Shown: positions 13,069-26,919 of the stretch, one piece after another
Layout of the letters: each line of letters begins with the position of its first letter
Position numbering within the stretch: the stretch's first letter is position 1
Source of the DNA: Mobula hypostoma
Lineage: Eukaryota
DNA length: 64,000 bases
NCBI RefSeq assembly: GCF_963921235.1
Contig: NC_086108.1
Location: 52,702,001 to 52,766,000 of the forward strand
Reading direction: 5' to 3'
Notes under the pieces: generated by a model
The model's input: the letters and a program-made list of their open reading frames with translations, nothing else
Databases searched by the model: none
Told to the model about the DNA's origin: nothing
Translations under genes and position numbers: made by a program

Positions 13069-13409
13069 CTGAAAGGCACACATTGTCAATGGTTTATATT
13101 TTCTGTAATATCTCCATTTTGCTCTGGTTGTATGAGCGAGGAGCACGTTTTGAATCCTTTATCAAATGCAGGCTTTATGGAGACACAAAAGCAAAAGTTG
13201 GAGGACAATGATTCAGTGAAGGAACAACTGTCAAGTTTTTTCCCCTTTTAAACTCTACCATATCTAAGTTAACTAATTGCTGTGTTTCATAAACCTAACA
13301 TATATAACTCAGCTGGTTAAAGTTGCTGGAACATCAGCAAGATTCAGTATCTCATCCATTGCTCCAAGGGTGGAGCTGGAGGAAAAGCTGTCCTGCAGAA
13401 CCTTGCTTC

Positions 13410-14035
13410 TTACTTGAGGGCTGCAGATGCTGAAATCTGGATCAACAATAACTTGCTTGAGGAATGGTATTGTATGAGCTGTAAGTCAGCAAAGATTTGT
13501 AATTTCTATCAGTGTAAGGTAGAGAGCATTCTGATTGGTTGCATCACCGCCTGGAATGGAGATTTCAATACAGAACTACAAGAGGCTAAAGTGTTGTAGA
13601 TTCAGCCAGCTCCATCCTCCTCACTATTGACAATATTTTCGAGAAATAGTGACTCAAGAAGGTGGCATCCATCATTAAGGATCCTCACCATCCGGGACAC
13701 ACTACCTTCTCGTTACTACCATAAGGGGGGAGGTACAGGAGCCCGAAGACTTGCACTCAACATGCAGCAACAGTTTCTTCCCCTCCACCATCAGATTTCT
13801 GAACAGTTCACAAACCCACAAACAGTACTTCATTATTCTGTTTCTTTTTGCACTATTTGTTTATTTTGTGGTTTATCGCAATACTAGGTCCTTGCACTGC
13901 ACTGGCCATCTTCACTCTTCCCTCTGTCATTCAGTCCAGATGAAAGGTCTCAACCTGAAATGGCGACTGTCCATCTTCTTCCATAGATGCTACCTGCCCT
14001 GCTAAGTTCTTCCTGTACTTTGTATATTGCTGCAG
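13410..14035 (+). mobile_element. Old Rex-like 3' fragment with PLE tail remnants
   Basis: Reads FYQC.VESIL.GCITAW.G. A degenerate hammerhead and PLE tail lie at about 13932-14030. Confidence 0.55.
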
Positions 14036-16519
14036 ATTTAATGAACTTCTATAGGGCCTTGACTGAAAAAATGTGATGATCAAATATAAGTAATTCTATT
14101 CAGTCATTCAATTCAATTTATATCAGACCTGATCCGTAACTCTACTTTGTTTATTTATCTCTCCCCCCCCCAACCCCACCCCAATCCCTTGATACCCTTA
14201 TCAAATAAAAAAGCTGCTTATTGAATAGTCCATCAATCTTCTAAATTTTACTGCCCTTCCTCACATATATAATGGTCACTTGGGCAAGTATTGTCAGAAC
14301 TGTTCCCTAGAATGAGTGAAAAGTGGAGTATGGAAAATAGTTTAAAAAGAGATCATTTGGCAAAACCCGTGAAAATCGCAAATAACTTTCATTCCTGCAA
14401 GACAAAGATAAACTTTCTCAGGCAAGTCCACTGACCACTTAAAACAAAATTTAACACAGTCACAGAGGGAGACATTAGGATATGTAATTGTAAACTTTGC
14501 CAGAAACAGCGACTTTAAGATTTATCATAAAAGTAAAGAGGGTTAGAGATGAAAAATGAACCTGTGGTTTAGGTAAGTATTGAACTCCAAACAATTAGGA
14601 TTAGTGAGATGCAAGAGGCCAGAACTGAAGGCATGCCAAAATCTTGGAGAGTTCCATGGTCAGAAGGAGTTACAGGTGATGGGAGGGGCCAGAGGGACAA
14701 GACCATGAGGAATCTGAATATTAAAATCAAAACTTTTCTAAGTTAACAATTTACATAGTTCAAACTAATAATTGTTCAGCACAAGTGAGATGGACAGAAT
14801 GACTTTTGTAAGAATTAAGATACCTATATCAAAATTATGGAAGGATTCACATTGATGGAAGTTGCTGAAAAGGAGGCTTTCCAAGATAATTCTGGAAGAA
14901 CCAAGATTGCAGATAACTACAACATACATTTAAGTGTTTCCCATGAGCAGATAAACTGAGACCGGGGCCAAGATGATAGGTTAAACTCCAGTGAAGGAGA
15001 ATATAAAAAATATCTACTGCAACTCGAAGAACTAGAGAGGCCTCAGGGGGGAAAAATATTGCAGTATTTTCAAAATCATCTGATCTTATTTGGGAACTTG
15101 CCTTTTATATCATTAACTGATAATTTTGATTTTAATACATTTTTGAAACATTGTTAAGCATAAGAAAAAAGATTAGCTCACTCCAAACATTTAGAACAAA
15201 AAGAAACATACAGATTGAGTAGAGTTGACAGCCAATGTCCTTACTCTCTGTGCTGATTTCTCTCTGCTATTAAGGTACATCAGTCACAAATCAAAAGAAA
15301 GAAATTTAAAATAATTTAACCTATTTGCCAACAGGTGATATTTTTGAGATTGATTGATTTGACAAAGAAATAACAATCTGGTTTTAAGCAAATACTCGCT
15401 TATGATCCTTTTCATAGTTTTTCACTGATTAACTATTTCAATGAGAACATAAGAAAGAATAGGTACAGGTAACATCCCTTACAGCTTGATCAGCATTCAG
15501 AAAAATTTTGACTGATCTGACTATGGCCTCATCTCCAAAAATAAGATATAAAAATGTAATTCAGCCTTCAATAATGATTCAGCCTCCAGAGGTTTCTGGG
15601 CCAGAGAATTCCAAAGAAATTCCTCCTCATTTCAGTCTTAAATGGATGACCTCTTTTCCTCAGACTGCCCCAGCAGTCAAAGCCCCTTAACAACATTACA
15701 TGCAATCTTCAGAATTCCCGCAAATATAAGCCCAATAGAATTAACCTTTCTTCATAAAATTACCCCCTTGTCCTGAAATCAAACCAAACTTCTTTTTGCT
15801 GCCTTCAATACAGGTATATTCCATTCAAAATAAAGCACCAAAACAGTATATAGACTACTATAGTGTGTCCTTTACAGCTGTAGCCAAACTTTTGCTACTT
15901 GTGTACTCCATTCTTTTTTTTTATTAAGACAAACATCCTTTTTGCCTTTCTAATTTCCTACAGCCCTTGCACAAGAAATTCTTGTGTTTCTTGTAAGAAG
16001 ACAGCAGGGTACTGAACAATGTCATTCAAGTTTCATAGTAAAAACTACTTTGTGGTTTTCTGTTCCTCCTCCAAAACAGGATAAGCTCAGATTTCACCAC
16101 ATGTGCCTGCATCTGCTATAGATCTCCCATTCACTCTGCATCCTCCTCACTTTCCCATTTAGGTTTGTATTAGCAAAATACTTAAACCAATATACTATAC
16201 CTACTCCATTTGTCTGAACCAACTCTACAGGCTGTGGGTGACTGAAATCAACATTATTGGTTGTTCAAGCACTGATTTTTATGGTTTAATTCGCCAAACC
16301 ATTTGTCCCAGCTCTTTCCTAACAAAATGCTTATTTCAACACTGTGGACCTATATGTCTACATCTAATAAAACCCAAAATCAGAGTTACTGCAGCAATAT
16401 TGAAATATATAACTCTGATTTATGCTCTGCTCAATCTCTGACATTAAGCTGAATTACCCTGAGCTAGTTTATTTCTCCAATGGAAGGGAGGAAAGCAATG
16501 AAATATTGCACCCCCCCCA

Positions 16520-18066
16520 CCACTGTTGCCGTCTCAACCCAAGCAAGGCTGCAGGCCTGATGGTGTCAGCAGCAGGGTGCTCAAAGCCTGTGCCCATCAG
16601 CTATGTGGAGTACTTCACCATGTCTTCAACCTGAGCCTGATTCTCCAGAGAGTTCCTGTTCTGTGGAAGACGTCCCGCCTTGTCCCTGTGCCGAAGACGC
16701 CGCGCCCCAGTGGTCTCAATGACTACAGACCAGTGGCATTGACCTCCCACATCATGAAGACCTTGGAGAGACTTGTTCTGGAGCTGCTCCGGCCTATGGT
16801 CAGGCCACACTTAGATCTCCTCCAGTTCGCCTACCAGCCCCGACTAGGAGTTGAAGATGCCATCGTCTACCTGCTGAACCGTGTCTACGCCCACCTGGAC
16901 AAGCCAGCAAGCACTGTGAGGGTTATGTTTTTTGACTTCTCCAGTGCGTTCAACACCATCCGCCCTGCTCTGCTGGGGGAGAAGCTGACAGCGATGCAGG
17001 TGGATGCTTTCCTGGTGTCATGGATTATTGATTACCTGACTGGCAGACCACAGTACGTGTGCTTGCAACACTGTGTGTCCGACAGAGTGATCAGCGGCAC
17101 TGGGGCTCCACAGGGGACTGTCTTGTCTCCCTTTCTCTTCATCATTTACACCTCGGACTTCAACTACTGCACAGAGTCTTGCCATCTTCAGTAGTTTTCT
17201 AATGACTCTGCCATAGTTGGATGCATCAACAAGGGAGATGAGGCTGAGTACAGGGCTACGGTAGGAAACTTTGTCACATGGTGTGAGCAGAATTATCTGC
17301 AGCTTAATGTGAAAAAGACTAAGGAGCTGGTGGTGGACCTGAGGAGGGCTAAGGCACCGGTGACCCCTGTTTCCATCCAGGGGGTCAGTGTGGACATGGT
17401 GGAGGATTACAAATACCTGTGGATACGAATTGACAATAAACTGGACTGGTCAAAGGACACTGAAGCTGTCTACAAGAAGGGTCAGAGCCGTCTCTATTTC
17501 CTAAGGAGACTGATGTCCTTTAACATCTGCCGGACGATGCCGAGGATGTTCTACGAGTCTGTGGTGGCCAGTGCGATCATGTTTGCTGTTGTGTGCTGGG
17601 GCAGCAGGCTGAGGGTAGCGGACACCAACAGAATCAACAAACTCATTCGTAAGGCCAGTAATGTTGTGGGGATGGAACTGGACTCTCTGACGGTGGTGTC
17701 TGAAAAGAGGATGCTGTCCAAGTTGCATGCCATCTTGGACAATGTCTCCCATCCACTACATAATGTACTGGGTGGGCACAGGAGTACATTCAGCCAGAGA
17801 CTCATTCCACCAAGATGTAACACTGAGCGTCATAGGAAGTCATTCCTGCCTGTGGCCATCAAACTTTACAACTCCTCCCTTGGAGGGTCAGACACCCTGA
17901 GCCAATAGCTGGACTTATTTCCTGGCATAATTTACATATTATTATTTAATTATTTATGGTTTTATATTGCTATATTTATACTCTGTTCTTGGTTGGTGTA
18001 ACTGTAACAAAACCAAATTTCCCTCGGGATCAGTAAAGTATGACTATAACTTTGACTATGACTATA
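16520..18066 (+). mobile_element. Rex1/Babar-clade LINE (family 2), 5'-truncated
   Basis: ORFs 16526-17194 and 17309-17908 share a frame broken by TAG, with motifs [29 protein letters not shown] and GAPQGTVLSPFLF. The catalytic DD is mutated to ND. Ends in an (actatg)n tail. Confidence 0.9.
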
Positions 18067-18068
18067 GG

Positions 18069-18465
18069 TGTTCATCTTACCTGTTCATTGAAAGCCACTC
18101 CCTTATGCTGGCTCGGGATTGGCTCGTTTAAGGAGCGTTGCAGGCTCCCACTGAGAGCTGTTTGGCACGTGCGCCAGCTGATGATGTCATGGCATAGGCA
18201 GAGTATAAATCTAGTGCGCTAAGAGCACCTAGCCTCTTTTTGCTCTCTGGGTCACCGTGGACCACGTTGCGGATGGTGCCACAGAAACAGCGGACGTGTA
18301 CTGCAGTAAAAGAGATCCCAGGCACACACTTTATGTAACTGAGTGTACTTTGAGTGGTTTAATGTATGTTTAGTTTGCCTTGTCCTATAAATAATTGAGT
18401 AACTTACTTACTGGTAGTGAGTGTCTTCTGTCTGCACTCACCGACCACACGAACCTAATTTCACA
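18069..18465 (+). mobile_element. Possible solo-LTR-like fragment with promoter motifs
   Basis: CpG-rich, with ATTGG at 18118, CACGTG at 18166, TGATGTCA at 18182 and TATAAAT at 18204. Ends in ...ttcaca. No TSD found. Confidence 0.35.
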
Positions 18466-18469
18466 AGAC

Positions 18470-19460
18470 CTCCCGATCCAACACATCAGTCTCTGCAACT
18501 TCTGTTATCTTCAACAGGACCCTACCACCAAACACATCTTTAATCCCCCCACCCTTACTCTCTGCTTTCTGCAGTGATCGCTCTCTTTGTGATTCCCTTA
18601 TCCATTCGTCCCTCCGCACTGATTTCCCTTCTGACACTTATCTCTGCAAGCAGAAGTGATACACCTGCCCACTCGCCTCCTCTTGCACCTCCATTCAGGG
18701 CTCACACAGTCCCTTCTGGTGAGGCCACACTTCATTTGCAGTTTTGTTGGGGCCATCTACTGTATCCGGTGCTCCTCGTGTGACCTCCTCTACATCAGTG
18801 AGACCCGACGTAAACTGGGGGACTGCTCGTCAGATATCTTCGGTCAGTCTGTAATGAGCAGAATTTCCTGGTGGCCAATCACTTTAATTCCAATTAACAC
18901 TCCCATTCCAAGATGCTGGTCCATGGCTTCCTCAAATGGAACAATGTGGCCACTCTCAGGTTGTTGGAGCAACACCTCATAATTGTCTGCGTAGCCTCCA
19001 ACTTGATGGCATTGACATCGATTTCTCTATCTTCCAGTAATTTCACTCTCCTCCCCCTTCTCTCTTCTTCCATTTCCCACTACGGCTCCCCTCTTACCTT
19101 TTCTTCTCCTCATCTGCCTATCACCTCCCTCTGGTGCCTCTCTTTCTTCCCTTTCTCCCACAGTCCACTCTCCTGCCCGCTCAGATTTCTGCTCCTTCAG
19201 CCCTTTCTCTTTTCCACCATTCATCTCCCAGCTTCACACTTCACCCCTCCTTCCCCTACCTACCTATCTTTCCCCTCACCTGGCCTCACCTATCAACTTC
19301 TAGATGGTATCCCTTCCCTTTGCCCCACCTTCTTATTCTGGCTTCTTCCCCCTTCCTTTCCAGTCCTGATGAAGGCTCTCAGTATGATTGTCAACTCTTT
19401 ATTCCGCTCCAAAGATTCTACCAGGCCTGGTGAATTCCTCCAGCATTTTGTCTGTGGTAC
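18470..19460 (+). mobile_element. Penelope-like element (family A) GIY-YIG and pLTR fragment
   Basis: Reads GAIYCIRCSSCDLLYISETRRKLGD and ATLRLLEQHLI. A degenerate hammerhead lies at about 19361. Confidence 0.8.
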
Positions 19461-20263
19461 TCGAATTCAAATATTTTGCTCTGGTCTTCAATTCCTTAAT
19501 CACAAACACTAAGTTTAATATCTGTAGCTTAGCCCAGAAATAAAATGTAGAAACATTTTATTTATACTGTTACGTCTTTTAAAATAAACTAAAGTAATTC
19601 CATTTTTTAAAAATCTTGTGCAGATTTTTAAGAAGCTAAATGTAATGAAGATTACAAGTGTAGGGAACCTTGGTTTTCAAGAGATACTGAGGCCCTGGTT
19701 AAGAGAAAAGAGAAGGTGTATAGCAGGTATAGGCAAGTAGGAACAAATGAAGTGCTTATGGAGTACAAGAAATGCAAGAGAACACTTAAGAAGGAAATAA
19801 GGAAAGCCAATAGACGGCATGAAGTTGCTCTAGCAGACAAGGTGAAGGAGGATCCAAAGGGATTCTACAGGTATACAAGAGCAAAAGGATTGCAGAGGAC
19901 AAAATTGCTCTACTGGACGAACAGAATGGTAATCCATGTGTGGAGACAAAACAGAGATTGTCTACATGGACTTTAGTAAGGCATTTGACAAGGTCCCACA
20001 TGTGAGGCTGATCAAGAAGGCCAGTCATTTGGCATTCAGGATAAGAAAGTAAATTGGATTAAACATTGGCTTTGTGGGAGAAGCCAGAGAGTGGTAATAG
20101 ATGGTTGCCTCTCTGATTGGAGGCCTGTGTCTAGTGGTACGCAGCAGGGATCAGTGCTGGGTCCTTTACTGTTTGTCATCTATATCAATGGATCTGATTG
20201 ATAATGTGGTCAACTGTGTCAGAAAATCTGCGGATGACATCAAGATTGAGAGAGGGTGTAGCG

Positions 20264-21026
20264 CAGGGGTCCCCAACCGTTTGCACTGCGGACCGGTTTA
20301 ATATTGACAATATTCTTGCGGACTGGCCGACCGGGGGGTGGGGGGGGGGGATGTTCAAGTAGGGTTAAACTCACCTCAACATGTCTTTCACAGTTAGGGT
20401 TGCCAACTTTCTCACTCCCAAATAAGGGACAAAAGTAGCAGTCAAATCCCAGGACACTTTACCCAGGAAAGACTACCATGACCATGAAGCCTTGCACAGG
20501 CACATGTGTGCGCATGCGTGACGTGAGCATGTGATGTGCGCGTGGGCGTAGATGCCGACTTTTTTCCCACAAATCAGTTTTGCCTTCATCTTCCCGACTA
20601 TACTGTACGTACATTATTTCTACTTTATATAGGCTGTGTATTTATCATATCATTCCTGCTTTTACTATATGCCAGTGTTAATTATTTTCAGTTTTATGTG
20701 TTATTTGGTATGATTTGATAGGTTATTTTTTGGGTCTGGGAATGCTCAAAAATTTTTCCCATATAAATTAATGGTAATTGCTTCTTCGTTTCACACCATT
20801 TCGGAACGAAAAGTTTCATAGGAACGCTCTACCTTAGCGGGGGAAATACGGGACAAACCAATTTAGCTCAATATATGGGATGTCCCAGCAAATATGGGAC
20901 AGATGGCAACCCTATGTTCAAGTTCAACAGTACGTGACAGGGAATGAGGAAAGGTGCAGCTGACTCGTATCATTTCCTCACGGCCCGCTAGCACATGCTC
21001 TGCGGCCCAGTGGTTGGGGACCGCTG
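20264..21026. mobile_element. hAT (Charlie-like) MITE
   Basis: TIRs caggggtccccaacc and ggttggggaccgctg match at 14/15. A perfect 8-bp TSD gtgtagcg lies at 20256-20263 and 21027-21034. Confidence 0.9.
20360..20914. mobile_element. hAT (Blackjack-like) MITE nested in the Charlie-like MITE
   Basis: Termini are TAGGGTT...AACCCTA, with an internal TAGGGTTGCCA at 20395 matching the right end TGGCAACCCTA. An 8-bp TSD tgttcaag lies at 20352-20359 and 20915-20922. Confidence 0.85.
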
Positions 21027-22254
21027 GTGTAGCGGACAGTGAGGAAGACTATCAGCTGGAAAAGTCGGCTGAAAAATGGCAGATGGAATTTAATGCAGAC
21101 AAGTGTGAGGTTTTGAACTTTGGTAGGACCAACCAGGGCAGATCTTCCATAGTGAACGGTAGGGCACTGAGGAATGTGGTAGAACAAAGGGATCTGGGAA
21201 TATAGGTTCATCATTTCTTGAAAGTGGCATCACAGGTAGATACAGTCATAAAGAAAGCTTTTGACACATTGGCCTTCACACATAAATGTATTGAGTACAG
21301 AAGATATAATGTTATGTTAAAGTTGTATAAAATGTTGGTGAGGCCTAATTTGGAGTATTCTATGCAGTTTTGTCACCTACTTAAAGGAAAGATGTAAACA
21401 AGGTTGAAAGAGTACAGAGGAAATTTACAAGGATTTTGCCAGGTCTGGAATATCTGAGTTATATGGAAAGATTAAGTATGTTAGGACTGTATTCTTTAAG
21501 ATGTAGAAAATTGAGAGGAGCTTTGATAGAGGCATACAAAATTATGGGGTGTAGATAGGGTAAATGCAAGCAGGCTTTATCTGTGTGGTTGGGTGGGACT
21601 ACAACCAGAGTTCATGGCTTAAGGGTGAAAGGTGAGAAGTTTGAGGGGAACATGAGGGGAAACTCAGAGGGTCGTGAGAGTGTGAAATGAGCTGCCAGCA
21701 CAAGTGGTCCACGTGAGCTCAATTTCAACGTTTAAGAGAAGTTTGAATAGGTACCTGGATAGTAGGGATATGGAAGGCTATGGTCTCAATGCAGGTCTTC
21801 GGGAATAGGCAGTTTAAATGGTTTTCCGCATGGACTAGATGGGCCAAAGGGCCTGTTTGTGTACTGAACTTCTCTATGACGCTATGAAATACAAATCAGA
21901 CTGCAGTTCAATTCACAACTGATATAATGTGAGCTCCTGGGACTTACTGGATTAATTATTTCAATACTTCTTTCACATTTTCAATCACTTATTCTACTAA
22001 AATCATGAATAGTTACTGCACCACGCAGAGAATAATTCACTATTTCCTTTCACGTTCAAGAACTAATATGGAAATCTTCTGCTGTTCCACTATCAGTAAT
22101 CAGTACCACCCAGTATAATTTTGAAAACAGGGCAGACCAAGATGGGAGCAATATTAAATCTTCCTTCATGGCAAGTCAGTAAGATCAAAGTTGATAATAT
22201 ATACAGTACTAAATTACCAATCTAGAAACAGTCCATCTTGATACATTTCAAATC

Positions 22255-24580
22255 ATAGTCAGCGACGTCAACCAGGCTTGTTTGAGGAAAACTCTGCCCA
22301 ATTACCGTCAGCATATAACCTACAGCACCAGAGGTCTCAACATATTAGACCACTGTTATGCTAAGGTAAGGACAGCCTACCATTCCTTGCCCAGACTGCA
22401 TTTTGATAAATCGGCTCACTTGGTTGTCCTTCTCCTACCCACACACAGCAGAGGTTAAAGAGCAAAGCTCCAGAGATTAGGACAACGAAGAGGCGGTTGT
22501 GGGAGGCAAAGGAGTGGCTATGGGATTGCCTCGAGTCTCTGGACTGGCCGTGTTCAAGTGACATGGGAGACACGTGAAAACAGCAAGGCCTCAATCATGG
22601 GCAAAGTTATCCCAACCACTGAGCACAACTACAAACGTTTGTACTTGAAACATCGCAGGAAAGGAGCATCTATCATCAGGGACTCTCACCACTCAGGATA
22701 TGTTCTTTTCTCACTGTTGCCATTGAGACCAAGGTACAAGAGTCTTAGGAATCGCACCACCAGGCTTAGGAATAGTATCTACCCCTCAGCCATGAGGCGC
22801 TTGAACCAGAGGGGATAACTTCACTCGCCCCATCATTGAAATGTTCCCACAACCAATGGACTCACTTTCAAGGGCTCTTCATCTCATATTCTTGATATTT
22901 ATTGTTTATTTATATTATTGTTTCTTCTTTTTGCATTTGCATAGTGTGTTGTCTTCTGCACTCTAGTTGAACTCCCTAGTTGGATGGTCATTCACTGATT
23001 CTGTTAGTTACTATTCTATAGAATTGTTGAGTATGCCCACGAGAAAATGGGTTTCAGGGTTGGTTATGGTGACATACACGAACTTTGATAATAAAATTTA
23101 CATTGAACTTTGATAATTTGTTCACTAGTTTTGGACCAAACTGAAATCAAAGATGGACGCTAAACAGCTGTGGCAGGACTTACACAACAATTTCTTACAA
23201 GGTGAAATCAGGCAGCATAACTGGCAACGGCATGTAATTCCCAGATAAGCTCCATGCCTTTTGTACACATTTTGTTAAGGAGAACTACCATACAACCACA
23301 CAAACCTCACATCTCAGAATGACCATATAACTTCAGTCTCTAAGGCCAATGCCCGGGCATTCTTCAAGAGGGTGAATCCACAGAAGGGAGACTGGTCAAG
23401 ACAGGGTTATTTATATAGGCATCTGTTAGTCTCATGAGACCATGGATTTGTGCCTTGGAAGGGTTCCAGGGCGCAGGCTTGGGCAAGGTTGTATGGAAGA
23501 CCAGCAGTTGCCCATGCTGCAAGTCTCCCCTCTCCATGCCACTGATGTTGTCCAAGGGAAGGGCATTAGGACCCATACAGCTTGGCACCGGTATCATCGC
23601 AAAGCAACGTGTGGTTTAGTGCCTTGCTCAAGGACACACACGCTGCCTCAGCCAAGGCTCAAACTAGTGACCTTCAAATCACCAGACGAATGTGCCAACA
23701 CAGGGTACCTTGCTGAGTACTAAGGATCCGTGAGGAACAACTAGCTGGAGTATTTACAGACAAATTCAGCCTCTCACTTCTACTTCCACCAGCTTTAAAG
23801 AGGCATCTTTTGTACTGGTGCCTAAGAAATGTGGTGACCTACCTCAGTAACTACTGTCTGGTAGCACTTACTATGGTATGAATCATTTCCTGCCTCAGGG
23901 ATGAATGGTCTACTTTGGGGGAAATCAGTGGTGGAGAGAGTTAGAAGCTTTAAATTCTTAGGGATTAACATATCAGATGACCTGCCATGGGCTCGACACA
24001 TAGTACACCATATGTACGCCAGCATTTTTATTTTCATAGACGGCTAAGGGGGTTTGGCTTGTCATCAAGCACACTAACAAACATCTGGACATGTACTGTT
24101 GAAAGTCTCCTTACTGGTTGCATCATGGTCTGGTACAGCAATTTGAATACAATAAGAGCAGAGTGTATTGGACTCTGCCTAATACATCAGGGGTACATTC
24201 CTCCCCACTATTTGTACTATTTACAGAAGGCAACATTTACCATTAAAGATCCCACCATCCAGGCCATGCCATTTATTCGCAACACCATTGTGCAGGAAGT
24301 GCAAAAGCCTGAAATCCCATACCACCAGGTTCAAGAAGAGCTACTTCCCTTAAACCATTTGGTTCTTGAACCAACCATCAAAACTCTAATCACAGCACTT
24401 TAACAACACTTTGATCACCTTGAACTAAAACTGACTTTTTATTTTGTGTGCTTGTAAATGTATGTTTTTCATTCTAGTGAATGCTGCTTATATGCCTGTG
24501 GTGCTGCCGCAAGTAAGTTTTTCATTACATCTGTGTGTAAACGTACTTGTGTATATGACAATAAACTTGACTTTGACTCC
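22255..24580 (+). mobile_element. Cluster of old Rex1/Babar-like fragments and tails
   Basis: Degenerate Rex motifs (HSGYVLFSLLP...RYKSL..RTTRL.NS.YP; TCTVESLLTGCI.VWY), with tails at about 23100 and 24560-24580. Confidence 0.6.
23395..23700 (-). mobile_element. tRNA-derived CORE-like SINE with RTE-like tail
   Basis: The minus strand has a degenerate B-box, then the CORE-like gtgtccttgagcaaggcactaaacc, and ends ...ggtctcatgagactaacagatgcc. Confidence 0.55.
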
Positions 24581-26919
24581 ATAGTTCGCAGCAGCATCCA
24601 CAGTTGAAACAAGAAAATAAACTCACTAATTGTTTGCATTTTTGCACAGGACTTGGTTGCTGGTGAGCTATGCAAGGGAAAGATCATGTTTGCCCATGAG
24701 GCCACCCACATTCAGATACTCAGCTCATCTGATTCTGAGAATCATAGCTGCTGACAGAGATTGGGTATCATCAGGAAAAGGTGTGGAGCTGTTTCAGGAG
24801 AAACCCAAATCACAGATTAATTCACAGATCAATATTGATTGTAGCCCTACTACTTAAGCTGCTTATTGTACTGTTGTCATTTGTTTCACCTGCCCATTCA
24901 GCCCCGAGAACATTATTCGATTACAGTCCGTACTTTGATTCCCTTTTGATTTAAATAATATTTTACAAAAATTACAAACGTAAATAAATGAACACAGAAC
25001 AATTTTGTGGGCTGCATGTTCTCCAAAGCAGAAGGATTCCAATGCTTGCACCATCTTTTGGTTCTGCTCAATGCCTATTTCAATTGAAATACACTTAAGT
25101 ATTACCTATTAAACGAAGCAAGCTACCAACATATCCAGTCACCTCCCAGAATGACAAAGTGACCGTTGGCAGGTATTTGGGTGCATATGACCAAACCATC
25201 CTGTATAAGAGCACAGAGAAACAAGGGACATTTCAAAGCCACAATAATACTGTAAGCAGCTTTTTTTTGGCAATGTATTTTTTTGTTAAATAGGCAGCAA
25301 AAACTTTCACATGTTTATCACTTTCATTATGTTGTGACCATGATGGTACACCTTGTCAAATCATATCACAACTATTATAATTAATCTCTGTTTACCAGTG
25401 TTTTCTTTGCTTAAGGTAGCAGCTGAATATAACTAAAAATAAGTCTATATTGAATAAAAATCAAATTAAAAATGCAAACACAGAAGCTTTAAGAACACTA
25501 TCAGGATCATCCTTCAAAAATCAAGGTCTAAAATAAATTGCCTTTTGATTTCCTCCTTTACCTCCATAAATTGTATACTTTTCCCAAAAGGGGAGTTTCC
25601 AATCAACATTTCTTTGCAGCCTTAATTTAAAAGCCAATTGAATTTTTTTGTTTTTGAAAATCGGGATTTATGAAAAGTCAAAGCCACCAAAATTATCTAA
25701 ACCCATTTAATGCAAAGGATCCAAACAATATGCATGTTCAAACTCCATGGTCAAAGTGAGGGATTTTACACCAGTGAATGAAATGTTTTATTTTGGACAC
25801 ATTCTCAACATGAAACTCTCCAGTTTTAATTAACTGCATAATTTAAGATTCCCTTGAGGATATTGATTTATCCTCAAGCAGCATCTTTTCAGCCCTGCTT
25901 TACCACTTATAATGACTTCTTCACCTATCAAAAATTACATTAAGATAAATAACTGGAACATGTGATAAAAACATAAACCACTTATCTGCAACAGTTTAAC
26001 ATACCAAAGTCACCAAATGAACAATTCATTAAACCAAAAACAGATTATTATGGAAACACGCTGCGGTTACTTAGCATTCGGAATAGAGAACAAACACGTT
26101 AGCACATTCTTCTTCAGAATAGATAAAAAGACTTGATTAAAATTTTTGTTCCTTTCATTTTTCATACAGAACAGAGACAGATGTATGGCAGGCAAGTCAT
26201 CCAAAACTCATTTTAGCTTCTCCAGTATAAAGATGACAACACAAGCAATAGATACAACAGACAATGTTATTAATCTCGCAATACTGACAGAGTTTAAAGC
26301 TTAAATATTAAGCATTTTTCCACATGTTCCCTGACTTCTCCTTTACTTTCACCTTTGCATTATTATTTCTCATATTAACTTTACTGTTAGCAATTATTGT
26401 TTGGTTCATGAAAGTGTGACTTTGCATTATATATGATTTCATTATCACTTATTCACAGACCCAGAATTGAACAAGCAGCTGTGATTTAAAAACGGATGAA
26501 ATAAACTTCAACTTCTGTGAAGAAACTGGTTGATTATTCTGTTGTTCTTTACATAATCTCCCTTAGGGCGAAATAGCCATGTAATTATTTCCAAGATCAA
26601 AAATATAAAAGGAAACAATTCTTACGTAACAATAACTGACATCTTTTTCCTTCTTCCTCTGAAGATTTAATTATATGCTGGGTATTGTAACTTGGGATTT
26701 TGACTGGAATTTCTACTGAACTTGGCCCAAGTATCATCTTAAAAGTTGAAATTTTGGCAAAGCCTAACAATGAGCTATCCGATTATCGCCAATCTGATTT
26801 TCCTCTACTTTACAAAGATATCTAACCAGCACATGACAGAGGTAGTGTAGAAGACATCAACTTTAATTAATTTAAAGGCACAAAACAAACACAAGACTAC
26901 ATTTAAGGCAATACTCATA

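Larger units (their letters stand above)
19660..21885 (+). mobile_element. Degenerate CR1 LINE interrupted by nested hAT elements
   Basis: Motifs DFSKAFDKVPH and KWQMEFNADKCEVL, plus a CR1 3' tail at about 21840-21885. Confidence 0.85.
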
